Of a stretch of DNA of 28,805 nucleotides, positions 17,469 through 25,758 are shown piece after piece. The stretch's first letter is position 1. Each line of letters begins with the position of its first letter. The stretch spans positions 1-28,805 of the forward strand of contig JAVWOV010000002.1 of NCBI GenBank assembly GCA_036636255.1, written 5' to 3'. Under the pieces are notes generated by a model that saw nothing but the letters and a program-made list of their open reading frames with translations, was not told the origin of the DNA and did no database searches. Position numbers and translations under genes: made by a program. The stretch is from Bacilli bacterium (GTDB taxonomy: Bacteria > Bacillota_I > Bacilli_A > RF39 > UBA660).

Positions 17469-18752
17469 ATGATAAGTATTAATTTTATACGTGAAAACAA
17501 AGAAATAGTGTGTGAAAATATTAAAAAGAAATTTCAAGAGGATAAGTTACCTTTGGTTGATTTGGTACTTGATTTAGATAAGCAGATTCGTTTGCTTAAG
17601 CAAGAAGGTGATCTTTTGCGCCAAGAGAAAAATACGCTAAGTAGTTTAATTGGTGGTTTAATGCGAGATAAAAAGGTAATAGAAGCTAATTTGAAGAAGG
17701 AAAGAGTTATAGCAATTAATAGTCAGTTACTGGTTTTAGAAGCTGATCAGTTAAAATTAAGTAAGAATTTAAGAGATAACATGTTAATTATTCCTAATAT
17801 AATTGATGCTTCCGTTCCTCTTGGCAAAGATGATAGTTGTAATGTTGAAATCAAAAGATATCTTGAACCATTTGTTCCTGATTTTGCCATTCCTTATCAT
17901 ATTGATATTTTGAAACGTTTGAAAGGTATTGATTTACAAAGTGCTAGGAGGGTTGCTGGCAATGGCTTTTACTATTTAATGGGAGATATTGCTAGATTGC
18001 ATTCAGCTGTTATTTCTTATGCTCGGGATTTTATGATTGACAAGGGCTTTACTTATTGTATTCCCCCTTATATGATTAGAGGTGATGTTGTTACAGGCGT
18101 TATGAGTTTTGATGAAATGGATCAGATGATGTATAAAATAGAAGGAGAAGATTTGTATTTGATTGGTACTAGTGAACATTCTATGATTGGTAAATTTAAG
18201 GATCAAATGCTTGATAAAAAGGAATTACCGTATAAAATGACTTCTTATTCTCCTTGCTTTCGAAAAGAAAAGGGAGCTCATGGTATTGAGGAAAGAGGTA
18301 TTTATCGTATTCATCAGTTTGAAAAACAAGAAATGATTGTAGTTTGTGAACCAGAATGTGCTGCATCATGGTTTGATAAATTATGGGGCTTTACGGTGGA
18401 GTTATTTGTTTCGATGGAAATACCGGTTAGAACCATTGAATGTTGTAGTGGTGATTTGGCTGATTTAAAGGTAAAAAGCTACGATGTAGAGGCTTGGAGT
18501 CCTCGTCAAAAAAAATATTTTGAGGTAGGTTCTTGTTCTAATTTAGGTGATGCTCAGGCACGTCGATTAGGTATTAGAATTAATGGACAGAAAGATAATT
18601 ACTATGCAGCTACTTTAAATAATACAGTGGTGGCTCCACCACGAATGTTGATTGCTATCTTAGAAAATAACATTCAAAGCGATGGAAACGTTAAGATACC
18701 TAAGGTTTTAGTGCCATATATGGGAGGAAAAGAGTTTATAAAAGCAGATTAG
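17469..18752 (+). CDS. serS: Serine--tRNA ligase
   Basis: N-terminal coiled-coil arm, LYLIGTSEH, motif 2 CFRKE...RIHQFEKQE, motif 3 TLNNTVVAPPR, DG.VKIP..L.PYMGG. Confidence 0.98.
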   Translation: MISINFIRENKEIVCENIKKKFQEDKLPLVDLVLDLDKQIRLLKQEGDLLRQEKNTLSSLIGGLMRDKKVIEANLKKERVIAINSQLLVLEADQLKLSKNLRDNMLIIPNIIDASVPLGKDDSCNVEIKRYLEPFVPDFAIPYHIDILKRLKGIDLQSARRVAGNGFYYLMGDIARLHSAVISYARDFMIDKGFTYCIPPYMIRGDVVTGVMSFDEMDQMMYKIEGEDLYLIGTSEHSMIGKFKDQMLDKKELPYKMTSYSPCFRKEKGAHGIEERGIYRIHQFEKQEMIVVCEPECAASWFDKLWGFTVELFVSMEIPVRTIECCSGDLADLKVKSYDVEAWSPRQKKYFEVGSCSNLGDAQARRLGIRINGQKDNYYAATLNNTVVAPPRMLIAILENNIQSDGNVKIPKVLVPYMGGKEFIKAD

Positions 18753-18776
18753 TGCATAGACACTAATCTGCTTTTT
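18741..18776. terminator. Bidirectional intrinsic terminator
   Basis: 14-bp perfect stem AAAGCAGATTAGTG / CACTAATCTGCTTT with a 6-nt loop, between convergent serS and the sortase gene. Confidence 0.92.
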
Positions 18777-18778
18777 CA

Positions 18779-19321
18779 TTACTTTTTAATAGCTGTAATG
18801 ATAAGTCTTTTATCATCATTATTAGTACATGTTATTAAGGTTAAAATCTTTTGGTTGTTTGTGGTTTTTAATATTGTTGTATCATTTTTAAAAACTTCTT
18901 TTTTATTAGTTACAATATAAGTCTCTTTTTGTTTACTTTTAAGAATAATGGTTGTTCCTAATGTTATATGATGTAATTTTCCAAATACATAATCAACATT
19001 ATGACCAGCTAGAACAATGTTATCAATCAAATTGTTAATATTCCCACTTACTAAGCCGACATAATATTGGTCTAAGGTTTTTTGGTCAGCAGTTGGAGCA
19101 ATGATACGTTTTATTTTTAAGTCATCTATTATAATATAATTAAGATTATCATCGGTTGAAATTTTACCACTTTTATAATCTTTTTCAATAATCTTTGTAT
19201 GTTTTTTAATATTATTATATTTTTGATATTGATTAAAGGTTATGTAAGATAGGGTGATAATTAAAATTATTAGGCCAATAATTTTAATTATTTTCTTTTT
19301 AAACAATATAATCCTATCCAT
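18779..19321 (-). CDS. Sortase (class D-like)
   Basis: N-terminal TM anchor, NIVLAGHN (His), LTLITC (Cys), KRLII (Arg). Start approximate; overlaps the upstream adhesin gene by 34 bp. Confidence 0.9.
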   Translation of the reverse strand: MDRIILFKKKIIKIIGLIILIITLSYITFNQYQKYNNIKKHTKIIEKDYKSGKISTDDNLNYIIIDDLKIKRIIAPTADQKTLDQYYVGLVSGNINNLIDNIVLAGHNVDYVFGKLHHITLGTTIILKSKQKETYIVTNKKEVFKNDTTILKTTNNQKILTLITCTNNDDKRLIITAIKK

Positions 19322-20169
19322 AAAAATAACATGCTACTGATATTTTTTCTGTGGTTTGGGTTATTAGTTTTTGGTAAAATATCTTCAATAATTGGCTTTT
19401 GTTCTATCATTTTATCTTTTACATTTATGGTAAATTCACTTTGTTTTTTTATGTTTGTTCCTATCGACCCAATTGTTTGATGGTTAGGGGCAGAATAGAC
19501 TAATAGATTCTTATTGTTTTTTATATTTTGTTCTAAGATGATTAAAAAGTCACCACTTTTTAATGGTTTAATAAATAGTTGGTTTGCTTCTTTTCTGATT
19601 TCAAAGTTGTCATTTTTAATTATGTCATAATTTTTCAAAGTGTTGGTTTCATCGGTTATGATTAATTCTTCATTGGTAGTAGCATTAAATGTTTGATTAT
19701 TAAAAGGCTTAGTATTAATTAAATCAATAATTTCTTGCTTGTATTTTGTAGTATCTATTACATTACCATTTGGAAAAATTTGATCAGTGAAATAAAAGTC
19801 TTTGGTACTTGTGTGTTCCCAAATCAATTCTTGAGCAGCCATGTAATAAAATTGATTTTGATGATTTTCATATTCATAACCATAATAAGCTATTTGGTTT
19901 ATGTAGTCGATATCAGCCGGGGTATAGGTTTTAGTTAAATATGTTTGATCTTCGTGATAGTTATTTTCGCCAGTGATTATTAATAAGCTTGGGTCAAGAC
20001 AATATGCAAAGTTTTTATCAGCATATATATATCCTAGTTGACCCGACAAAATCTTATCACCAATTGGTCTATTTGAGTAAATATTATCAATATATTGTAC
20101 CTCAACATTGATAGCTTTAATACTGGGAATAAAAAATAGTAAACAGCAAATAATAAAAATTTTTTTCAT
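19288..20169 (-). CDS. Cys-Gln thioester domain (TED) surface protein with sortase sorting signal
   Basis: Signal peptide, AYCLDP (Cys57), AQELIW (TQxxhW-like), HQTI (candidate thioester Gln231), then LPKTN + hydrophobic stretch + KRK; GGAGG RBS. Confidence 0.8.
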   Translation of the reverse strand: MKKIFIICCLLFFIPSIKAINVEVQYIDNIYSNRPIGDKILSGQLGYIYADKNFAYCLDPSLLIITGENNYHEDQTYLTKTYTPADIDYINQIAYYGYEYENHQNQFYYMAAQELIWEHTSTKDFYFTDQIFPNGNVIDTTKYKQEIIDLINTKPFNNQTFNATTNEELIITDETNTLKNYDIIKNDNFEIRKEANQLFIKPLKSGDFLIILEQNIKNNKNLLVYSAPNHQTIGSIGTNIKKQSEFTINVKDKMIEQKPIIEDILPKTNNPNHRKNISSMLFLWIGLYCLKRK

Positions 20170-20339
20170 ATGACATCCTCCTTCTTTTATAGTTTAGTAG
20201 ATTTTATTATGATAGGCAAACGAATGTTTTGGTAAATCACTATTTTTTTTAATAATAATTTTCTTTATGTATTAGAGTATTTATGGATATTGATTAAAGT
20301 AAAAAGACTTATTGTTAAAGTTAGTTATTTTAAAACATA

Positions 20340-20368
20340 TTGTTTTATTATTAGTTTGGTGATAAAAT
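20340..20368 (+). promoter_or_regulatory. Putative sigma-A promoter of mutM
   Basis: TTGTTT-17 nt-TAAAAT with extended TG. Confidence 0.55.
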
Positions 20369-20414
20369 AATATTTAGTAAAGGATACTATATGTATCAAA
20401 ATAGGGAGGTATTT

Positions 20415-21233
20415 ATGCCTGAGTTACCGGAAGTTGAGACAGTTAAAGAGACGTTAAAACGAATTATTATTTCTAAAAAAATTATTGATGTTAATGTTTA
20501 CTGTGATAATATTGTTGCTTACCCTAGTAAGGAAATATTTGTTAAAAAGCTTATTGGACAGACCATTAAAGATATTAAACGACGTGGGAAATGGCTTTTA
20601 TTTGAACTTGATGATTATTATTTATTAAGTCATTTGCGTATGGAGGGCAAGTTTAATTGGAAAAAGACAGGTAAGCGTAGTGTTCATGAACATATAATTT
20701 TTGTTTTTGCCGATGGTCAGTTAAGGTATCAAGATACGCGGAAGTTTGGACGCATGCATTTAATTAAAAAAGACGAACTTTATGTGAACAAGCCTTTATC
20801 GTTATTGGGATTAGAACCCTTTGATGAAAAACTTACGGTTGATTATTTAAAACAATGTTATAAAAATAAAAAATTACCGATTAAATCAGTAATTTTGGAT
20901 CAGAGTATTATAGCCGGTATTGGTAATATTTATGCAGATGAGATTCTTTTTTTGAGTGGAATTAATCCATTGTTAAAGGCTTGTTGTTTAAATGATGATT
21001 TATTGGATAGTATTTTAAAAAATACCCGAAAAGTTTTGTCTCGAGCCATTTTAAAAGGGGGGACAACAATTAGAAGCTATAGTTCCAGTGAGGGGGTTCA
21101 TGGCCGTTTTCAGCAAGATTTATTGGTCCATACGAGGGCTGGTCAAAAGTGTGTAATTTGTTTTAGGATAATTATTAAGATTAAGGTTAATGGTCGTGGC
21201 ACTTATTATTGTCCAAATTGTCAAAAATTATAG
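20415..21233 (+). CDS. mutM: Formamidopyrimidine-DNA glycosylase
   Basis: N-terminal PELPEVET, RRGKWL, HLRMEG, DTRKFG, LDQSIIAGIGNIYADEIL, C-terminal C4 Zn finger; ATG 20415 after GGAGGT. Confidence 0.97.
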   Translation: MPELPEVETVKETLKRIIISKKIIDVNVYCDNIVAYPSKEIFVKKLIGQTIKDIKRRGKWLLFELDDYYLLSHLRMEGKFNWKKTGKRSVHEHIIFVFADGQLRYQDTRKFGRMHLIKKDELYVNKPLSLLGLEPFDEKLTVDYLKQCYKNKKLPIKSVILDQSIIAGIGNIYADEILFLSGINPLLKACCLNDDLLDSILKNTRKVLSRAILKGGTTIRSYSSSEGVHGRFQQDLLVHTRAGQKCVICFRIIIKIKVNGRGTYYCPNCQKL

Positions 21234-22353
21234 GGGTGTTTTTATATTCCTTTTCAATTAAATTTTTTTGATCTTTCTTGTTTAAAACTGAGGCATAAAT
21301 AGCCGTTATGCGTAGTTCTAGATCTAATTGTGGTTTATACTTAGTTAAAAGGGGTATTTTAATATCTTTTTTTATGTTTTTTAAGTGTTTTTGTCCGAGG
21401 TTATTAAAACCTAATACGCGTATATATGTTATATGGGTATTTGCTTTAGCTTCTTCTTTGGTGAAATTGCATAGGATGTGAATTAGCATTCTTTTTATTT
21501 TATTATATGTATAGCGTTTTGTTTTTATGGCTTGAATTAGTTCTTCACTGCTATTAACTTTTAGAATGTATTTTTTTATTCTGTTTTCAATTCCTTCATC
21601 TACTGTTTGATATTTACTTAGATCTTTATCGCTTATTATTTTATATTTTATTAAAGAAAAGTAGTTTTCGATTGTTAGGGCTTTTTTTATATATTGACTA
21701 GTTATCTTGGGAATGTAGTTAGTTATATTTTGTTTGTTTTTTAAGGCAATACGGATGCTTGTAGCACTGGTTATATTTGCTTGTAATTTTGTTTCATGAT
21801 AGTTGTTAGTTCTTTTTATACAGATAGGTATTATGTTACTATTGGTGGTTATTATTTCACGTATGTAGCTTATGGCGAGGATGTCGTTGGGGGTGTTTAT
21901 TTCAATATTATTAAAGTGTTTTAGGGCTTTTGATAAGGCGGTGGGGTAGTTGATTCCTTGTTTTAGATATATTTTTACTTTTTCTTGATATTCTTTGGTT
22001 GTTTGAATTTGGGCTAATTGAGTTAGGACAGTTATATTATTTAATTCACTACCAAAAATTATTTTATCTACTTTTAGATGATTTAGTATTGTTATAGCCC
22101 CATGGGCGAATATGTCGGCACTTTGGGTAGAAAAAGTAAATGGTAATTCGATTATTAGGTCTATACCCATTTTTAAGGCTATTTTTGTTTTGTCCCATTT
22201 ATTTATAATGGTTGGTTCGCCTCTTTGTAGGAAACTAGCACTCATGATTAAAATGATTGTATGATTAGGACAAATTTTTTTTACTTCATTTAAGTGATGC
22301 AAGTGTCCGTTATGAAAGGGACTGTATTCACATATTATTCCTACTGTTTTCAT
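21187..22353 (-). CDS. tmcAL: tRNA(Met) cytidine acetate ligase (HIGH-type nucleotidyltransferase, YlbM)
   Basis: GIICEYSPFHNGH, SASFLQRGEP, ELP..FSTQSADIFA, PNDILA, SATSIR, TKRYTYNKIKR; ATG 22353 after GGTGA; divergent from yceD-rpmF as in Bacillus. Confidence 0.9.
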   Translation of the reverse strand: MKTVGIICEYSPFHNGHLHHLNEVKKICPNHTIILIMSASFLQRGEPTIINKWDKTKIALKMGIDLIIELPFTFSTQSADIFAHGAITILNHLKVDKIIFGSELNNITVLTQLAQIQTTKEYQEKVKIYLKQGINYPTALSKALKHFNNIEINTPNDILAISYIREIITTNSNIIPICIKRTNNYHETKLQANITSATSIRIALKNKQNITNYIPKITSQYIKKALTIENYFSLIKYKIISDKDLSKYQTVDEGIENRIKKYILKVNSSEELIQAIKTKRYTYNKIKRMLIHILCNFTKEEAKANTHITYIRVLGFNNLGQKHLKNIKKDIKIPLLTKYKPQLDLELRITAIYASVLNKKDQKNLIEKEYKNTPIIFDNLDNNKCHDH

Positions 22354-22396
22354 TAATATCACCATGTATATAATAACATATTTTTAGTAATAATGC

Positions 22397-22425
22397 TTGA
22401 TATATCTTTGAATTTTAGGTATAAT
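22397..22425 (+). promoter_or_regulatory. Sigma-A promoter of yceD-rpmF
   Basis: TTGATA-17 nt-TATAAT. Confidence 0.75.
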
Positions 22426-22445
22426 ATTAATATTGAGGTGTGTTT

Positions 22446-22889
22446 ATGAATATAAATTTAACGAGGCTTAAGAGTAATATTGATAAAGAAATTGTAATTG
22501 ATGAGGCTTTTTCTTTTGCTTCTGATGTTCTTAAGCAAGTTGATATTATTGATTTATTTGACGGTCATGTGCTTGGTAATATTTTTCATGATTGCTTGGG
22601 GGATATTATTATTAATGTCGAAGTTAGTGGGGTTATGGTTTTACCATGTAGTATTACTTTAGAACCAGTTAATTATCCCTTTTCTTTTAATATTGAGGGT
22701 GATTTAGAACGTATTTGGCAGGAAATCAATGAAAATGATGAAAATTTACAAAATACTATTGATATTTTACCGATAATATGGGAAAATGTATTAATGGAAA
22801 TCCCTATGAAGGTGGTTAGTGAGCATGCTCACGAGGTTACTTTGAAGGGTGATGGTTGGCAATTGATTAATGAAGAAAATGATAATTGA
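22446..22889 (+). CDS. yceD: DUF177/YceD family protein (23S rRNA accumulation, YlbN-like)
   Basis: [34 protein letters not shown]; conserved position before rpmF; ATG 22446 after GAGGTG. Confidence 0.85.
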   Translation: MNINLTRLKSNIDKEIVIDEAFSFASDVLKQVDIIDLFDGHVLGNIFHDCLGDIIINVEVSGVMVLPCSITLEPVNYPFSFNIEGDLERIWQEINENDENLQNTIDILPIIWENVLMEIPMKVVSEHAHEVTLKGDGWQLINEENDN

Positions 22890-22911
22890 TTATATAGGAA
22901 GAGGTGTTATA

Positions 22912-23121
22912 ATGTTAAAGTTAGATATTCAAAGATTTGCGGTTCCGGCTAGAAAAGTTAGTAAGACTAGGAAAAGAATGCGTCGTACTCATTATAAATT
23001 AAGTGCGACAGCTACTATTGACTGTCCAAAGTGTGGTAGTGGAATTAGAGCACATCGTGTATGTCCAAAGTGTGGTACATATAAGGGTAAAGAAGTTATT
23101 AAAGTAGAAGAAGCAGCATAG
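22912..23121 (+). CDS. rpmF: 50S ribosomal protein L32 with a 9-aa N-terminal extension
   Basis: [18 protein letters not shown]...CPKCG...[12 protein letters not shown] (C4 zinc type); GAGGTG RBS 5 nt before ATG 22912; no start codon directly before the Ala-Val-Pro. Confidence 0.96.
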   Translation: MLKLDIQRFAVPARKVSKTRKRMRRTHYKLSATATIDCPKCGSGIRAHRVCPKCGTYKGKEVIKVEEAA

Positions 23122-23132
23122 TTGCTTTTTTT
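23111..23132 (+). terminator. Intrinsic terminator after rpmF
   Basis: AAGCAGC/GTTGCTT hairpin with ATA loop followed by a T run. Confidence 0.6.
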
Positions 23133-23185
23133 CTTTACTTGTGTTTTAAAAGAAGTTATAATGTATTTATAAGGATAGGTGTTTT

Positions 23186-23566
23186 ATGAAAAAAAATGGG
23201 TTTACTTTAATTGAAATATTGGGTGTAGTGGTTATTTTATCATTAATTGCACTTTTATCTTTTCCGTCGATTGTGGAAAACGTTAGAAAAACGGAAAATA
23301 AACTGAGTGATGCTTCTATGTTACTAGTAGAAAGCGGTGTTGATATTTATATGGATAATAATAAAGTTGATTTTAAGATGGCAGTTAACGATGTTTATTG
23401 CATTTCTTTTCAAACGCTGTTTGTTAGTGGTAATTTACGAAAACCTTTTATTGATATTAAGACTGGTAAGGAATTGGATGTTAAGAATAAATCAGTTAAG
23501 GTAATTGTGGGAAGTGAAGATAATACATATAATATTGTTGATTCAAATTTATGTATTCCTAGTTAG
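23186..23566 (+). CDS. Type IV pilin / pseudopilin-like protein (prepilin N-terminal cleavage/methylation motif)
   Basis: MKKNG|FTLIEILGVVVILSLIALLSF with Glu at +5; two Cys in the C-terminal half; AGGT RBS. Confidence 0.88.
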   Translation: MKKNGFTLIEILGVVVILSLIALLSFPSIVENVRKTENKLSDASMLLVESGVDIYMDNNKVDFKMAVNDVYCISFQTLFVSGNLRKPFIDIKTGKELDVKNKSVKVIVGSEDNTYNIVDSNLCIPS

Positions 23567-23630
23567 CTTAATATATTTTAGTGAAAATAACAAATAAATT
23601 GATAATTATGATGTATTTTTTTAAAAAATT

Positions 23631-23639
23631 TGATATAAT
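23631..23639 (+). promoter_or_regulatory. Extended -10 element
   Basis: TG-A-TATAAT upstream of the 23663 gene. Confidence 0.5.
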
Positions 23640-23662
23640 TTATTTATGGTAGGTGATTACAT

Positions 23663-24271
23663 TTGGTTAATAAGAACGATGATAATAATTCGCAGGATAT
23701 ATTTTTTGAACCCTTAAAGGTGACTGAACCAATTTTTCGTCCTATGGATGATCAAAATGCGACTTATAAGGTGGATGATAATGATGGATCCGCATTAGAG
23801 CCTATTATGGTTGATGATGATGAGGAAAATATTGTACCAGATAAAATGGTTAATACAGATGATACCCTTAAACAGTTTTCTAATGTTGAACCTGTATATG
23901 AAGATAGTGTTATAAATAATGTTTCTATAAGTGAAGATAGTGGTCTTATAAATAGTAAACCTATTTCACAAACTATATCTGCTGAGCCTAATTTAAGTGA
24001 CAATAGGTTTATTGGGCAAGCAGGAGGATTATCTTTAGAACAACAAGTTTTACCTTCGGATAATGTAAATGATATGTATACAATGGGTGCAGAAGGTCAA
24101 AAGCCTAAATATGGACGGACAGAAGAAGAAATTAAAGCCCAACAGGATGAATTAAATAGTAAAAGTAGTTTAAGATTATTAATTATTATATCTGTTTTTG
24201 TGTTTGCAGTAATAATTTTTTTACCACAGATAGCTAGTATGATTGCCAAGTTAATGTCGATATTTAAATAA
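23663..24271 (+). CDS. Hypothetical acidic protein with a single C-terminal transmembrane helix
   Basis: TTG start after AGGTGA; D/E/N/S/P-rich N-terminal about 165 aa; TM LLIIISVFVFAVIIFLPQI. Confidence 0.75.
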   Translation: MVNKNDDNNSQDIFFEPLKVTEPIFRPMDDQNATYKVDDNDGSALEPIMVDDDEENIVPDKMVNTDDTLKQFSNVEPVYEDSVINNVSISEDSGLINSKPISQTISAEPNLSDNRFIGQAGGLSLEQQVLPSDNVNDMYTMGAEGQKPKYGRTEEEIKAQQDELNSKSSLRLLIIISVFVFAVIIFLPQIASMIAKLMSIFK

Positions 24272-24273
24272 TT

Positions 24274-24300
24274 AAAAACTCATTAATATAATGAGTTTTT
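24274..24300. terminator. Bidirectional intrinsic terminator
   Basis: 12-bp perfect stem AAAAACTCATTA / TAATGAGTTTTT between convergent genes. Confidence 0.85.
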
Positions 24301-24602
24301 TAAATATTTTGTGATAGTTCAATAATAGCTTCTATATTATCGTCGATGGCAACAATATTTTTGTGTTCTTTATGACAAGTTAAGCATTTATAAATAATTT
24401 TAAATGTTTTTTTATGTTTTTCTAGTTTTAAAGGCTTTAATAAACCTTGGCAAGTATTTTGTCTATCGCCAGGTAGGATATCAACATGTTTAGAATATAG
24501 GCAATTGAAACAGTGATCACGAGCAGTATAATTTAATTTTTTTACTTTTGTATGACAGTTTTCACAGATGAAATTTTCATCCTTCATATTAAATCTTTTC
24601 AT
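24300..24602 (-). CDS. RNHCP domain protein
   Basis: FICENC, ARDHCFNCLYSKHVD..PGDR...C.GLLKP, YKC..C; GGAGG RBS overlapping the uppP stop. Confidence 0.88.
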   Translation of the reverse strand: MKRFNMKDENFICENCHTKVKKLNYTARDHCFNCLYSKHVDILPGDRQNTCQGLLKPLKLEKHKKTFKIIYKCLTCHKEHKNIVAIDDNIEAIIELSQNI

Positions 24603-24609
24603 ATTCCTC

Positions 24610-25422
24610 CTACATAAATAGTAGTACTAATGTACCAACTAGTATACAATAATATACAAAGTATATTAATTTTCCTTTATTCATTATATTCCTAAACCAT
24701 TTAACAGAAAAGTACGTTAGAATTCCGCTCGATAGCATACCTGCTAAATAGTAAAACCATATTTGACTAGTTTGATTACTAGATATTAAGTCATTAATAC
24801 CTAATATCATTGTGGCTATACTTATTGGAATATATAGCATAAAAGAAAATTTAAATGCTGTATCTCTTTTTAAATTTTGAATCATTCCCCCGACAATAGT
24901 AGCACCACTGCGACTGATACCAGGAAAAAGGGCTAATGCTTGGCATAAACCAATTACAATAGCATTTTTAAAAGTGATTTCCTGATCATTTTTTTTACCA
25001 TTAATATTTCTAATCATATACAAAAATAAAGAAGTTATCAGCAATGCTACAGCAATTAATTTAACATTATTGGCATATTTTTCAATAATGTCTTTAGTTA
25101 ATAAACCAATAATACCGGCAGGGATGGTTGCTATTATAATTAGTATTAGATATTTATAATTATAATAATATTGTAATTCTTTTGTTCTTAAATATTTAAA
25201 AAAATGACTTATGATTTCTTTTATATCTTGATAAAAAATCAAACAGATAGCAATTAGACTACCAAAGTTTACAATAATTTCGAAATTTAAATCATTTAAA
25301 ATGTTAAGATTAAACAAGGTTTTAACTATTACTAAGTGACCGCTTGAAGAGATAGGAATCGGTTCAGTAAAGCCTTGGATTAGGCCTAATATTATGTATA
25401 AAATTAAATTTGTAAGAAACAT
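24610..25422 (-). CDS. uppP: Undecaprenyl-diphosphate phosphatase (BacA/UppP)
   Basis: QGFTEPIPISSSGHL and QALALFPGISRSGATI catalytic motifs; multi-TM; AGGTGA RBS. Confidence 0.95.
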   Translation of the reverse strand: MFLTNLILYIILGLIQGFTEPIPISSSGHLVIVKTLFNLNILNDLNFEIIVNFGSLIAICLIFYQDIKEIISHFFKYLRTKELQYYYNYKYLILIIIATIPAGIIGLLTKDIIEKYANNVKLIAVALLITSLFLYMIRNINGKKNDQEITFKNAIVIGLCQALALFPGISRSGATIVGGMIQNLKRDTAFKFSFMLYIPISIATMILGINDLISSNQTSQIWFYYLAGMLSSGILTYFSVKWFRNIMNKGKLIYFVYYCILVGTLVLLFM

Positions 25423-25539
25423 TAAATCACCTAATCTAATTATATACTATTTTAATTATTTAATAAACATTTTTATTATTTATTTACAATTTATTAAATA
25501 TAATTGAAAAATTTAAATAGTATTTAGTAGGTGGTCAAT

Positions 25540-25758
25540 ATGACGAGAGCGTTTTTTTTCTTAGTTGGCTTTGGATTAACAGTTGTTGGATGTGTTTATA
25601 TTATTTGTTATTTAAATTTAATGACTATTGGGTATAATTTTTCTGAATATGTTAATTTTATATTTAGAAGGTTGGAATGTTATTATGCAATTATTGGTAT
25701 AATAATAATGGCTTTATCTTTTGGATGGGGAGGAAAAAAAAATGAGTTATATATATGA
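25540..25758 (+). CDS. Small two-TM membrane protein (72 aa)
   Basis: ATG 25540 after AGGTGG; hydrophobic-YLNL.T.GY.F.EY..FI..R.EC-hydrophobic pattern, recalled from conserved Bacilli hypothetical proteins. Confidence 0.7.
   Translation: MTRAFFFLVGFGLTVVGCVYIICYLNLMTIGYNFSEYVNFIFRRLECYYAIIGIIIMALSFGWGGKKNELYI

Noticed and set aside
22446-22889. YceD lacking most zinc-binding cysteines
   Set aside because: From recall this is the usual Bacillus YlbN-type state, not a novelty.
22905-22913. TG-T-TATAAT overlapping the rpmF RBS and start as an internal promoter giving a shorter L32
   Set aside because: A transcript starting near 22920 has no in-frame start codon before AVP; likely coincidence of GAGGTG + TTATA + ATG in AT-rich DNA.
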